DNA from: a virus
Lineage: Duplodnaviria; Caudoviricetes
Virus record (IMG/VR): IMGVR_UViG_3300020159_000747
Coordinates: 1-56,449 of that record
Reading direction: 5' to 3' (one strand)
DNA length: 56,449 nt
This document shows positions 1 to 8,229 of this stretch, piece after piece (position 1 is the stretch's first letter; every line of letters begins with the position of its first letter). The position numbers and the translations under genes are program-made. The notes beneath the pieces are model-generated. The model did not search any database. It was not told the origin of the DNA and worked only from the letters and a program-made list of their open reading frames with translations.

Positions 1-1
1 C

Positions 2-77
2 TGTGGATAACTTCCCTGGAAACGTTATCAAAAATTTACCGTAGTGGGTTGCACGAGAGACTACTTACTATTAGATT
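2..77 (+). promoter_or_regulatory. Early promoter copy 1: DnaA box + GTTAT motif + -35/-10
   Basis: TGTGGATAA (reverse complement of DnaA box TTATCCACA) at 2-10, then CGTTATCAAAAATTTA; TTGCAC(49-54)-17 nt-TAGATT(72-77). Confidence 0.65.
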
Positions 78-116
78 AGGACATGTAGGAGATACCTACA
101 GAGAAGAGGGGATAAA

Positions 117-611
117 GTGATTATCCAAGACGGGGTCACTCTATATGGTGAGAGTGACGTTACCGAACTCAAAGTAGTTTGGGAAAAGCAGTGCGTTGAG
201 AATGTCACCGCACGAGTAGAGGGACAGATACAGGATAGCCTTATTACTGTATTCAAGCGCGAGATTGGTCATGGCAACATGTCCAAGGATTACGCCGTTG
301 AACTTTACAACAAAATAGCCGACGAAAATCGTTGGACACATGTAGAACAAATTGCAGTTACATACAATGTAACAGTAACCCTATTCGGCGACAGTATCTT
401 GTTCGTTGAAAATGTCGAGGCTGACTCTGAGGAAGACGCCTGCGATAAGGTTACCGAAGAACTTGACTTCTCAGATATCGAGGTCAACTTCACCGTTAGC
501 GCCCTTGGCGAGGACGCTTCTGCTACCGTCAGCGACGATTCATACTATGTGGATTTCGCTGGTATCCTGCGCGACAACATTGAGGTTAGCGCAGAAGAAA
601 ACGAGGATTAG
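117..611 (+). CDS. Acidic hypothetical early protein
   Basis: 164 aa ORF, GAGGGG RBS before GTG, followed by terminator. Confidence 0.75.
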   Translation: MIIQDGVTLYGESDVTELKVVWEKQCVENVTARVEGQIQDSLITVFKREIGHGNMSKDYAVELYNKIADENRWTHVEQIAVTYNVTVTLFGDSILFVENVEADSEEDACDKVTEELDFSDIEVNFTVSALGEDASATVSDDSYYVDFAGILRDNIEVSAEENED

Positions 612-627
612 TAGCCCCTCTACTAAT

Positions 628-666
628 AAGCCCCCTGCCACGGACGTGTGGCAGGGGGCTTCTTTC
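628..666 (+). terminator. Rho-independent terminator
   Basis: AAGCCCCCTGCCAC / GTGGCAGGGGGCTT stem followed by CTTTC. Confidence 0.8.
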
Positions 667-681
667 TGCCGTAAGACTATT

Positions 682-766
682 GTTTGTGTTGGGCTTGCTT
701 AGCTATTACTGCTTTATATGCTTTTATAGCGTAGCTATAAAAGCGCTAAGCAAGCCCAACACAAAC
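682..766. repeat. Nested inverted-repeat element copy 1
   Basis: Perfect 22-bp arms GTTTGTGTTGGGCTTGCTTAGC (682-703) / GCTAAGCAAGCCCAACACAAAC (745-766); inner hairpin GCTTTTATAGC-GTA-GCTATAAAAGC (720-744). Confidence 0.85.
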
Positions 767-772
767 TCTGCC

Positions 773-849
773 TGTGGATAACCTACGAGAAATTGTTATA
801 CAAATGTAATCGTGAGAGTGTTCCCTATATATAAGAGATAGGGTAGATT
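773..849 (+). promoter_or_regulatory. Early promoter copy 2 with DnaA box
   Basis: TGTGGATAAC-N11-TGTTATACAAATGTAATC; TTCCCT(821-826)-17 nt-TAGATT(844-849). Confidence 0.6.
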
Positions 850-881
850 AGCAACCGCACCAAAGGGAAAAGGAGACATAT

Positions 882-1391
882 ATGTCTATGACGAGAGATG
901 AGCGAAAGTATCGCTTTTCAGAAATCATCAGCGCAATACATCTACAAGATAATGAAGCAGATAATCCTACGCTACCGCAAGGAACACTAGGGCTATCAGA
1001 CGGCAGACTAAAGAGCGCGATTATGTGCCAAGTATTCAAGGAGAAAGAGGAGTTTCAGATGAAACTCGTCAATGCGCTCGCCAATACTGCGTTAGAACCG
1101 CTAAGTGAGGAAAACGAACCTAGCGAGGACGACCTATCAGCACTATCTATCGCTATCCACACCGCTTGGGGTATGGGTGCTTTCCAACCACTACTAGGTC
1201 TATTGGGCGTGGCTGGTAAGATTAGCGCGGTCTATGATATTGACCTACCTGAGGACATAAGCCTAGTGCTTCGTCCTAATGCGTTTGCCAAGAAGTTCGG
1301 CAAGTTTGACCCATATATGATTATGGACGAGGAACAAGATGAGCAAGTCCGCTCATTACTAAAGGGAGAACAAGACAATGACGACGACTAA
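882..1391 (+). CDS. Hypothetical protein (possible DUF4192-like helical domain)
   Basis: 169 aa, AAGGAG RBS; LSDGRLKSAIM and ALSIAIHTAWGMG loosely resemble DUF4192. Confidence 0.55.
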   Translation: MSMTRDERKYRFSEIISAIHLQDNEADNPTLPQGTLGLSDGRLKSAIMCQVFKEKEEFQMKLVNALANTALEPLSEENEPSEDDLSALSIAIHTAWGMGAFQPLLGLLGVAGKISAVYDIDLPEDISLVLRPNAFAKKFGKFDPYMIMDEEQDEQVRSLLKGEQDNDDD

Positions 1392-1605
1392 GGTTATCAA
1401 CGGCGTAAAAATGGTAGAGATACCATTCGCTATCAACTTCAATGTATGTATCGAGGAACACAAGTATCTCGAATATGCCACAAGTGGAGTGCCCAATGAG
1501 GCACTCGCTCAGGCTGGTATGGAATGTGTAGGCGATAGTCTTATCTCTGTTATGGAGAAGGCTAACGAAGGCTGGACAACTATGATGATAGAGGTGGCAA
1601 AGTGA
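1378..1605 (+). CDS. Hypothetical protein
   Basis: 75 aa, overlaps upstream gene end, GGGAG RBS. Confidence 0.65.
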   Translation: MTTTKVINGVKMVEIPFAINFNVCIEEHKYLEYATSGVPNEALAQAGMECVGDSLISVMEKANEGWTTMMIEVAK

Positions 1606-1751
1606 TAAAGGGATACGACTTTAGAACCTTGTTAGCAACTATCTGCCCTGATTACTCTATAGATACGGACAATGACGGACAGTTAGTTATTTATACCAAC
1701 CTACAAGACGACGGAGACGATAACTATATTCGTTTCCAATACCAAGACTAG
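1602..1751 (+). CDS. Small hypothetical protein (49 aa)
   Basis: GTGA coupling, GAGGTG RBS; MIKGYDF...DNDGQLVIYTNL; below the ORF-track cutoff. Confidence 0.6.
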   Translation: MIKGYDFRTLLATICPDYSIDTDNDGQLVIYTNLQDDGDDNYIRFQYQD

Positions 1752-1760
1752 GAGACGACT

Positions 1761-2282
1761 ATGGGTATGGATGTATATGGTATCGCTCCAACTAGCGAGC
1801 GCGGTGAGTATTTCCGTAATAATGTATGGTGGTGGCGACCACTATGGGATTACTGCTGTGAAGTAGATAGCACTCTAGAGGCTAGAGTGCCACAAGGTCA
1901 TTACAACGACGGCGACGGGCTAAAGACCGCAGAGGAAGCACAGGCGCTAAGCCTATTGTTGCTTCTAAAATTAGAAAGCGGTGAGGCGCTCGCCTATATC
2001 AAGGAACGAGATATGCAAATTGCCCAACTAGAATGGGATACCTGCCGTATCTGTGAAGGTTCAGGTATCAGAGAAGATAAGGTTGGCGTTGAAGGTGGTA
2101 TGCCTACTAAAGAACTGACCGAAGATATTGCTATCTTGGTAGGAAGAACGCATGGCACATGTAATGGATGTCGCGGTTTTGGTAAAACAGAACCCTTTGC
2201 AAGTCATTACCCACTAACAGAGGACAATATACGAGAGTTTGCAGAGTTTCTCCGCGATAGCGGTGGATTCCAAATCTGCTAA
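1761..2282 (+). CDS. Phage protein with DnaJ-type zinc finger insert
   Basis: YFRNNVWWWRPLWDY motif; CRICEGSG and CNGCRGFG (CxxCxGxG). Confidence 0.75.
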   Translation: MGMDVYGIAPTSERGEYFRNNVWWWRPLWDYCCEVDSTLEARVPQGHYNDGDGLKTAEEAQALSLLLLLKLESGEALAYIKERDMQIAQLEWDTCRICEGSGIREDKVGVEGGMPTKELTEDIAILVGRTHGTCNGCRGFGKTEPFASHYPLTEDNIREFAEFLRDSGGFQIC

Positions 2283-2317
2283 CAACCTTATCCCTTCCCC
2301 TTTGGCGATAAGAGAGG

Positions 2318-2352
2318 TAAGCCTACCGTTGCATGGGCGGTAGGCTTATTTC
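2318..2352 (+). terminator. Rho-independent terminator
   Basis: TAAGCCTACCG / CGGTAGGCTTA stem followed by TTT. Confidence 0.7.
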
Positions 2353-2363
2353 ATGCCCGAAAT

Positions 2364-2479
2364 GTTTGTGTTGAATCCCACCCACCCACCCTAGGGGAAT
2401 CCCCTTGAAACCCCTATTGCTATAAATACTTTGTATTTATAGCAATATTGGCTATAACGAAGTTATAGCCAACACAAAC
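2364..2479. repeat. Nested inverted-repeat element copy 2
   Basis: GTTTGTGTTG (2364-73) ... CAACACAAAC (2470-79); inner hairpins TATTGCTATAAATAC-TTT-GTATTTATAGCAATA (2415-47) and TTGGCTATAAC-GAA-GTTATAGCCAA (2448-72). Confidence 0.8.
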
Positions 2480-2481
2480 CC

Positions 2482-2554
2482 TACGGCGTGTGGCGCTTAT
2501 CACATGAGAGATACGGCGTGTCGGCTTGAAAGGAGAGAGAGCAGAGAGTAAGTT
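2482..2554 (+). promoter_or_regulatory. Promoter with upstream TACGGCGTGT direct repeat
   Basis: TACGGCGTGT at 2482 and 2512; TTGAAA(2526-31)-17 nt-TAAGTT(2549-54). Confidence 0.55.
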
Positions 2555-2560
2555 AGGAAG

Positions 2561-2700
2561 TTTAGGCTACTGCCGAGAGAGCCGATAGGCTTATCGGGCG
2601 CAAAGCCAGACTTACGACAGGGTAGCCCTATCGGCTATATGATAAGAAGCAGAGAGAGCAGAGAGAGCAGTAGTCCTATCCCTTACCTATATCTCTCTCT
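2561..2700 (+). ncRNA. Candidate structured non-coding RNA
   Basis: Lies downstream of a promoter with no annotated ORF; stems 2563-73/2667-78 and 2580-89/2627-36. Confidence 0.45.
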
Positions 2701-2756
2701 ATATAACAAGAGATAACCCTATTACCGCGCCGATTTTTCACAGAGAGGCATAAGAA

Positions 2757-2870
2757 GGTTGTTCATAGGTTGTTCAACAGGTTGTGGATAACCCACCAAT
2801 AATCGTTATAAAAATGTAATCAAATATATGCCCTGCTACCTTGCGTCAAATACGGAAATAGACTTAGATA
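2757..2870 (+). promoter_or_regulatory. Early promoter copy 3 with DnaA box and GTTCA direct repeats
   Basis: AGGTTGTTCA x2, then TGTGGATAAC(2783)-N11-CGTTATAAAAATGTAATC; TTGCGT(2841) and TAGACT/TAGATA downstream. Confidence 0.55.
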
Positions 2871-2910
2871 GGAACTAAGCCAATAATGGCGACTAAGAAG
2901 GGTTACACAG

Positions 2911-4377
2911 ATGTCCTTAGCACTAATGGTCGTATCCGACGACCAACTCGAAGGACTACCTGCACAGGCACAGACACTTATCCTATCCGACGATACAGAG
3001 GTATTTATCTACCACCGCGTATCGAACGGCATGAAGGGCAGAGGTCAGGCATGGAAGCAGGTAGCCTTATCACAACTACCAAATACTCCTATCTCACACG
3101 AAGTATGCGCCGTCGTTATCAGCGACCGCGACCGCGACATGATGAAACTAGGGCAGATTACCAATATCGGTATCAAGGCGCTATACGCACTAGAAACCGC
3201 AGAAGCCGTCAATGATGAGGTTATCAGCAACCACAATGAGGTTGCAGGTAGTCTTATCGCTCGCCTAGAAATTGGCGACAATAGCCTCAATGATTACATT
3301 ACGGACAAACGCCGTAATCAGGGCGTATCTATTAAGCCTATCTTTAAGGGTGCAGATACGCCTATCGCGGAAGCAAAGACAGAGGTAGCAACCACCACTA
3401 ATAAGGTTATCGAGGTTCGACCAACCAACGAAACAAGCCTATCGCTCGTCAATGCTATGGTGAGCGTTCCCGACAAGAAGTGGGCGCAGACCTATATCAA
3501 CCGCAAGGTCGTTGATAACCTTACCGACTTCGAGGTATATGACCACGCACTAGCCAACTCCATGAATATCCTTATCGAGGGTCATGCAGGAAGCGGTAAG
3601 ACTATGAGCGCACAGGCTTACGCTAGTGCTCGTAATATGCGTTACTTCAATGTCGCTTGCCATATCGGGCTAGAGGCTTCGCACCTAGTCGGTCGTTGGA
3701 TACCAACTCCCGACGGACACTTCCGTTGGCAAGACGGCGCGGTTACGGAGATAGTCCGTAATGGTGGCGTTCTATTGTTCAACGAGATTAACTTCGCACC
3801 CGAGCGCTTTCTTACCTTTATCTTTTCTTTATTAGATTACCGCCGAGAGATACAACTAATGGAAAATGGTGGAGAAGTAATCAAGGCTCACCCCGACCTA
3901 CTAATCATGGGCGACATGAACCCCGACTATCGTGGCACACGCCCACTAAATCAGGCGCTCGCCGACCGCTTCGCAGTAAGACTATCGTTCCCATACGATA
4001 AGCCTATTGAACAGAAGTTATTAAAGAATAAATCGCTAGTGGAAATGGCAAACCAACTACGCGCCGAGTTCAACAAGGGCACACTCGCTACGCCAGTATC
4101 GACACGCTCGCTAGTAGCCTTCGTTACCAACGCCAAAGCGTTCGGCATGGAGTTCGCTACCTACAACTACATTAACTCGTTCGAGGGTGATGAGGAAAGG
4201 TCAGCAGTAAGGTTAGTAGTCAATACTCACCGCGACAATATCGCAGAGGAGTTAGGCTTAGCGGTTACTTCAATTAAAACAGAGGAAACCATTACCGAAA
4301 TGCTAGAGGATAAGATTAGCGACACTTCCGTTATGAATATCCCTATCACCAACTACCAAGCATACGCAGGTAACTAA
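2911..4377 (+). CDS. MoxR-family (CobS/CbbQ-like) AAA+ ATPase
   Basis: Walker A GHAGSGKT, variant Walker B LLFNEIN, WQDGAVT, MNPDYRGTRPLNQALADRF. Confidence 0.88.
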   Translation: MSLALMVVSDDQLEGLPAQAQTLILSDDTEVFIYHRVSNGMKGRGQAWKQVALSQLPNTPISHEVCAVVISDRDRDMMKLGQITNIGIKALYALETAEAVNDEVISNHNEVAGSLIARLEIGDNSLNDYITDKRRNQGVSIKPIFKGADTPIAEAKTEVATTTNKVIEVRPTNETSLSLVNAMVSVPDKKWAQTYINRKVVDNLTDFEVYDHALANSMNILIEGHAGSGKTMSAQAYASARNMRYFNVACHIGLEASHLVGRWIPTPDGHFRWQDGAVTEIVRNGGVLLFNEINFAPERFLTFIFSLLDYRREIQLMENGGEVIKAHPDLLIMGDMNPDYRGTRPLNQALADRFAVRLSFPYDKPIEQKLLKNKSLVEMANQLRAEFNKGTLATPVSTRSLVAFVTNAKAFGMEFATYNYINSFEGDEERSAVRLVVNTHRDNIAEELGLAVTSIKTEETITEMLEDKISDTSVMNIPITNYQAYAGN

Positions 4378-4379
4378 TC

Positions 4380-6284
4380 GTGTGGCGCAACGAGCAAGAT
4401 AGCCTAGATAGGCTTATGAACGAGATATATCAGAGTGCGACATGGAATAGCGATACCGCAACTATGGAATATGGCGTTGATATTGAAGCCAAGCAAGAAG
4501 CCTATCAGGAACACAAAGAGGCGCTATCAAGCGTTGGAGTTATCTACTCTCGCGCCGATAGTATTATCACAGGCGACAAGGTAGAGGTTAAGATAGACGA
4601 CGACCCCAACTTAGATACCACCGCTTACAACGACGGCAAGGCTATCGTGTTCAACGCCTCACTATTAGAGGATATTGACGATAACACTATCGTTAGCCTT
4701 CATGGGTTCAACTACCATGAGGTCGGACATATCCAATACACGCCACGCGCCAATAGCGAGTTAGGTCAATGGGTTATACAAAATAAGTATAAGCGTTGCC
4801 TAAATATCCTAGAGGATAGTCGTATCGAACGACTATTGGTAGCAAAGTATCCTGCAACGCAACCTTTCCTAGAGGCTTCGACCCTTGAATATATATTAAA
4901 GGGCGACAGTAGCGAGTGGGCTTCCCTATTTATCCTTATCACAGGTAGAAAATACCTTGATATAAATATCCGACAAGAAATTGCTACACGCTTCGCCACA
5001 AACTTCGGGCAAGCGACCGCGATAACCTTAGCGGATATTATCCATGAGTATCGGACATTATCTTTCCCCAAAGATTATGACCGCGCTAAAAGGCTTATCG
5101 CAGAGTTCTCTAAATACATGGGAACAGATGAGGATACGCCACCACCACTAATGCCAACTAACGGCAAAGGTGAGTGCGACGGACATATTGACCGAAGCAT
5201 GATGAAAAAGGGTCGCGTCGAAAGCGCTAAGGAACAAGACCGCTTACAGGAAAAAGCCGACCGCATGGAAGGTTCAACCAAGCGCGAAAACTTAGACGAT
5301 AAGCCTAGCGAGGAAGCACAACAAAGCGAAGGCGCAGGTGGCGGTGATAGTCCTATCACTACTAAAGAAGTTCAAGATAAGATGAACGACAACGATAAGG
5401 CTATTAAAGACCTTATCAACCAACAATTATCTAATCTCCAAAACAACGAAGTGGTGAAGCGCGATACCGCAGAAGTGCGTAGAGCGATTATGGATAATGA
5501 GGAAATGCGTAGCGGAGTTAAATCTGCTTCCTATTCTAATATGTCCGTAAGCATGACGGCTTCCGCAAGCGCTCGACGCTTCGCGGTGGAGTTAGAGCGA
5601 CTACGCATAGATAACGACCCTGCATGGCTACTAGAAGTAGAAAGCGGTCGCCTCAATGTCGGTCGAGCCATGAACGCCGATATAAATAACATAGATAAGT
5701 TATTTGATAGGTGGGAACAAGGTAACGATAGCAACGATATTGAAGCGGTAATCTTAGTAGATACTAGCGGTAGCATGGGCGGTCGTATCTATAAGACAAT
5801 GGAAACGGCATGGACACTAAAGCGCGGTATCGAGCGTATCAACGGCAGGGTTACTGTCTATAAGTTCAACCACGATAGTCGTATCGTATATAAAGCAGAC
5901 GATAAGGCTAAGAGTGATGAGTTTAGGTTCTGCCAAACTAGCGGTAGCACTAATCCCTTTAAGGGCTTAATCGAGGCAGAGCGTATCCTCAACGCAAGCC
6001 GTAAGGGGATAAAGATATGCTTCATTATCACCGACGGCGAGTGGGATAGCGACGACCTCAATAATCAGATTATCTCTCGCATGAATAACGCAGGTGTCTT
6101 AACACAGGTGGTATTTATCGGTAGCCTAGAGTGGTATAAAGAAAACCACCCCGACGACTACGAGAAAATGATTATCCGCTATCGTCATGGCGCTAAGTTC
6201 TTTAAGGTAGTAGATGAGGAGAAAGATATTATCGCTATCGCCAAAGACTTAGTGAAGTCGCAGATGAAGGTAGTCAGACGATAA
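4380..6284 (+). CDS. VWA-domain protein with N-terminal HExxH domain (MoxR partner, CobT-like)
   Basis: YHEVGH, NILEDSRIE, MIDAS DTSGS, ITDGE. Confidence 0.85.
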   Translation: MWRNEQDSLDRLMNEIYQSATWNSDTATMEYGVDIEAKQEAYQEHKEALSSVGVIYSRADSIITGDKVEVKIDDDPNLDTTAYNDGKAIVFNASLLEDIDDNTIVSLHGFNYHEVGHIQYTPRANSELGQWVIQNKYKRCLNILEDSRIERLLVAKYPATQPFLEASTLEYILKGDSSEWASLFILITGRKYLDINIRQEIATRFATNFGQATAITLADIIHEYRTLSFPKDYDRAKRLIAEFSKYMGTDEDTPPPLMPTNGKGECDGHIDRSMMKKGRVESAKEQDRLQEKADRMEGSTKRENLDDKPSEEAQQSEGAGGGDSPITTKEVQDKMNDNDKAIKDLINQQLSNLQNNEVVKRDTAEVRRAIMDNEEMRSGVKSASYSNMSVSMTASASARRFAVELERLRIDNDPAWLLEVESGRLNVGRAMNADINNIDKLFDRWEQGNDSNDIEAVILVDTSGSMGGRIYKTMETAWTLKRGIERINGRVTVYKFNHDSRIVYKADDKAKSDEFRFCQTSGSTNPFKGLIEAERILNASRKGIKICFIITDGEWDSDDLNNQIISRMNNAGVLTQVVFIGSLEWYKENHPDDYEKMIIRYRHGAKFFKVVDEEKDIIAIAKDLVKSQMKVVRR

Positions 6285-6371
6285 GATAAATATAGAGTTA
6301 GGGCGTGGGCTAACCCTTCCCCCCACGCCCTACACAAACTAGGGAAGTCAGGAATTAAACGGAGATGGAAC

Positions 6372-6563
6372 ATGGACATAGAAATCGAGCAAGGCACAGA
6401 CAATATAAATATAGATTACAAGGAAATGCTTAAAGTAACGCTTAACAAGATACTAGACATAGTGCAAGATACCAACCACCCGCAAGCGGAAAATCTAAAT
6501 AACCTAGCGCTTAGTGCTATTGACTATGCGTTCTACCTAGAGGACAATACTAAAATCAGATAG
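6372..6563 (+). CDS. Hypothetical protein
   Basis: 63 aa, GGAG RBS. Confidence 0.6.
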   Translation: MDIEIEQGTDNINIDYKEMLKVTLNKILDIVQDTNHPQAENLNNLALSAIDYAFYLEDNTKIR

Positions 6564-6571
6564 GGGATAAA

Positions 6572-6826
6572 GTGATATACGACGAAGTATGCAAGAAATA
6601 CCTAGAGGGCGATAGTTCGGCTATTATCCTTATAGATACGGCGTTAGGTGCAAGCCTTGACCTAAACTACTTACGCGGTAGCAAGGATACCCGACTAGAT
6701 AACCTTGATTACTATGATGAACGACAAGATATTGACGAGTGGGTTGATAGCCTTACTAAGGTTATCGCAGACTTAAATCTGCAAGCGCCTATGATTACCC
6801 GATTAGATGAGATAGATGAGGAATAA
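6572..6826 (+). CDS. Hypothetical protein
   Basis: 84 aa, AGGGG RBS. Confidence 0.6.
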   Translation: MIYDEVCKKYLEGDSSAIILIDTALGASLDLNYLRGSKDTRLDNLDYYDERQDIDEWVDSLTKVIADLNLQAPMITRLDEIDEE

Positions 6827-6832
6827 AAATAA

Positions 6833-7000
6833 ATGGACTATACAAAGGAAAACCTATACTCTATGGTAAATGCGGTAGAGGAAGCGCGTAGCACAGTAAC
6901 CGACCCAAAGTTAAAAGGTAGGTTGGGAAATATATCAGACCTATTAGATAGTCTAATAGTAGAAGGATACCTAGAAAGGGAAGTAGAGGAATATGCCTAG
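6833..7000 (+). CDS. Small hypothetical protein (55 aa)
   Basis: MDYTKENLYSM...LIVEGYLEREVEEYA; GAGG RBS; translated by hand. Confidence 0.55.
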   Translation: MDYTKENLYSMVNAVEEARSTVTDPKLKGRLGNISDLLDSLIVEGYLEREVEEYA

Positions 7001-7148
7001 ATACGAAGTGCAAGTAATCGTCAATATGGCGACAACATGGGAAGCGGAAAACGCAGACCAAGCGATAGCCCTAGCCGACGAGTGGGTCGGAGAAGAATAT
7101 GGCAACCTGAAGCACAAAGCAGACTATCGCGTCAGAGCGTTAGTTTAA
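6993..7148 (+). CDS. Small hypothetical protein (51 aa)
   Basis: MPRYEVQVIVN...WEAENADQAIALA; GAGG RBS. Confidence 0.6.
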   Translation: MPRYEVQVIVNMATTWEAENADQAIALADEWVGEEYGNLKHKADYRVRALV

Positions 7149-7178
7149 TATATACAACAACTATTAGAGAGAAAACAA

Positions 7179-7598
7179 ATGACGGATTACGACGCTAATG
7201 GTAATGAGATTATCGACGCAGAAGTTATCGAGCATGACGACGACGCGGTAGAGGAGTTATCACCGCTACACACAGAGGTCGCGTATCACCTACAAAACAA
7301 GTTCGATAAGACTATCCCACTAAGTATGCTTGACCCATGCGTTAATGCTATTAACAAGGCTAACGAGGGGGAGTGGTATGCAGATATAGACCTTAATGGA
7401 AATAAATATAAGGGAGAGAGTGTCGCTAGTGTTGAAACTATTATCAACTCCCATGCCCTACAACAATGGGTTAAAGACCCCGATAACCTTATTACTATTA
7501 GCGACCCCGAAGGCAATATCGTGTGGAAAGGTTACGGAGAGAAACTAACCCTAGCCGACGGAAAGATACAGGAAGGAGAGGCGGTGATAGATAAATGA
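7179..7598 (+). CDS. Hypothetical protein
   Basis: 139 aa ORF in the + strand run. Confidence 0.7.
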   Translation: MTDYDANGNEIIDAEVIEHDDDAVEELSPLHTEVAYHLQNKFDKTIPLSMLDPCVNAINKANEGEWYADIDLNGNKYKGESVASVETIINSHALQQWVKDPDNLITISDPEGNIVWKGYGEKLTLADGKIQEGEAVIDK

Positions 7599-7765
7599 TA
7601 AGTGCAGATGTGCTAGAGGATATTAAAGACCAAGCCTCACAAATTATGTATTTCGAGGCTTCAATGCCTAATATAGACAATGCAACAAATATGCTAGTGG
7701 AGAGATTATCCGCTATTTATATGGCAGGATACGACGACGCTAACACCGACGCTGGTGATAAATAA
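7595..7765 (+). CDS. Small hypothetical protein (56 aa)
   Basis: ATGA coupling; MISADVLEDIKDQ... Confidence 0.55.
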   Translation: MISADVLEDIKDQASQIMYFEASMPNIDNATNMLVERLSAIYMAGYDDANTDAGDK

Positions 7766-7887
7766 TGGAGAGAGTGTGTTGTTGGGAGTTACCCGAAAGT
7801 AACTCCCATGTCTATGATAGTTACTGCACCTGCTGTAGCGGAGAGTGCGATACCTGCTCTACCCCTATACCTTATGTAGTCCTTTAA
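7765..7887 (+). CDS. Cys-rich microprotein (40 aa, 7 Cys)
   Basis: TAATG coupling; MERVCCWELPESNSHVYDSYCTCCSGECDTCSTPIPYVVL. Confidence 0.5.
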   Translation: MERVCCWELPESNSHVYDSYCTCCSGECDTCSTPIPYVVL

Positions 7888-7907
7888 TATAGAAAAGAGA
7901 TAATCAA

Positions 7908-8075
7908 ATGAGAGATAACGCTGGACAAGAAATACTTTACACCCAAGAAAATGCACCTACGCTGAGTGGCGGCGGTGGTGGCGGTTGTGGTTGCGGAAAC
8001 TGTGCGTGTGGAGAGAAAGATAAAGGATTAAATATAGAAAAGAAGTCTGTTACTGAAATGGACGGCGTATCGTGA
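7908..8075 (+). CDS. Gly/Cys-rich microprotein (55 aa)
   Basis: MRDNAGQ...SGGGGGGCGCGNCACGEK... Confidence 0.55.
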   Translation: MRDNAGQEILYTQENAPTLSGGGGGGCGCGNCACGEKDKGLNIEKKSVTEMDGVS

Positions 8076-8215
8076 GGTGCGCCAGATGTTTTTTAGAGTT
8101 CGATAAGGGAGAGATGTTATTTCCTGATGATGTATATAATGAAGAAGCAGGAGAGATTGGCTTAGCGTTCTGTGTATTATGCGCTATACCGCAAGGTAGC
8201 CCCGATAAAGTATAA
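8072..8215 (+). CDS. Small zinc-finger protein (47 aa)
   Basis: GTGA coupling; CARC...CVLC. Confidence 0.5.
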   Translation: MRCARCFLEFDKGEMLFPDDVYNEEAGEIGLAFCVLCAIPQGSPDKV

Positions 8216-8229
8216 AAAAGGAGAGAGAA

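Noticed and set aside
2580-2630. c-di-GMP-I (GEMM) riboswitch resemblance (GGGCGCAAAGCC...GGTAGCC)
   Set aside because: It lacks the upstream GGCAAA, the GNRA tetraloop and its receptor; kept only as a generic ncRNA candidate.
2886-3215. Alternative-frame and antisense ORFs in the track (e.g. 2886..3215, 50063..50590, 51033..51524)
   Set aside because: They overlap well-supported genes, lack recognisable motifs, and are best explained as shadow ORFs.
7783-7808. Hairpin TGGGAGTTAC/GTAACTCCCA as a third nested-palindrome element
   Set aside because: It has no CAACACAAAC terminus and lies within a plausible microprotein ORF.
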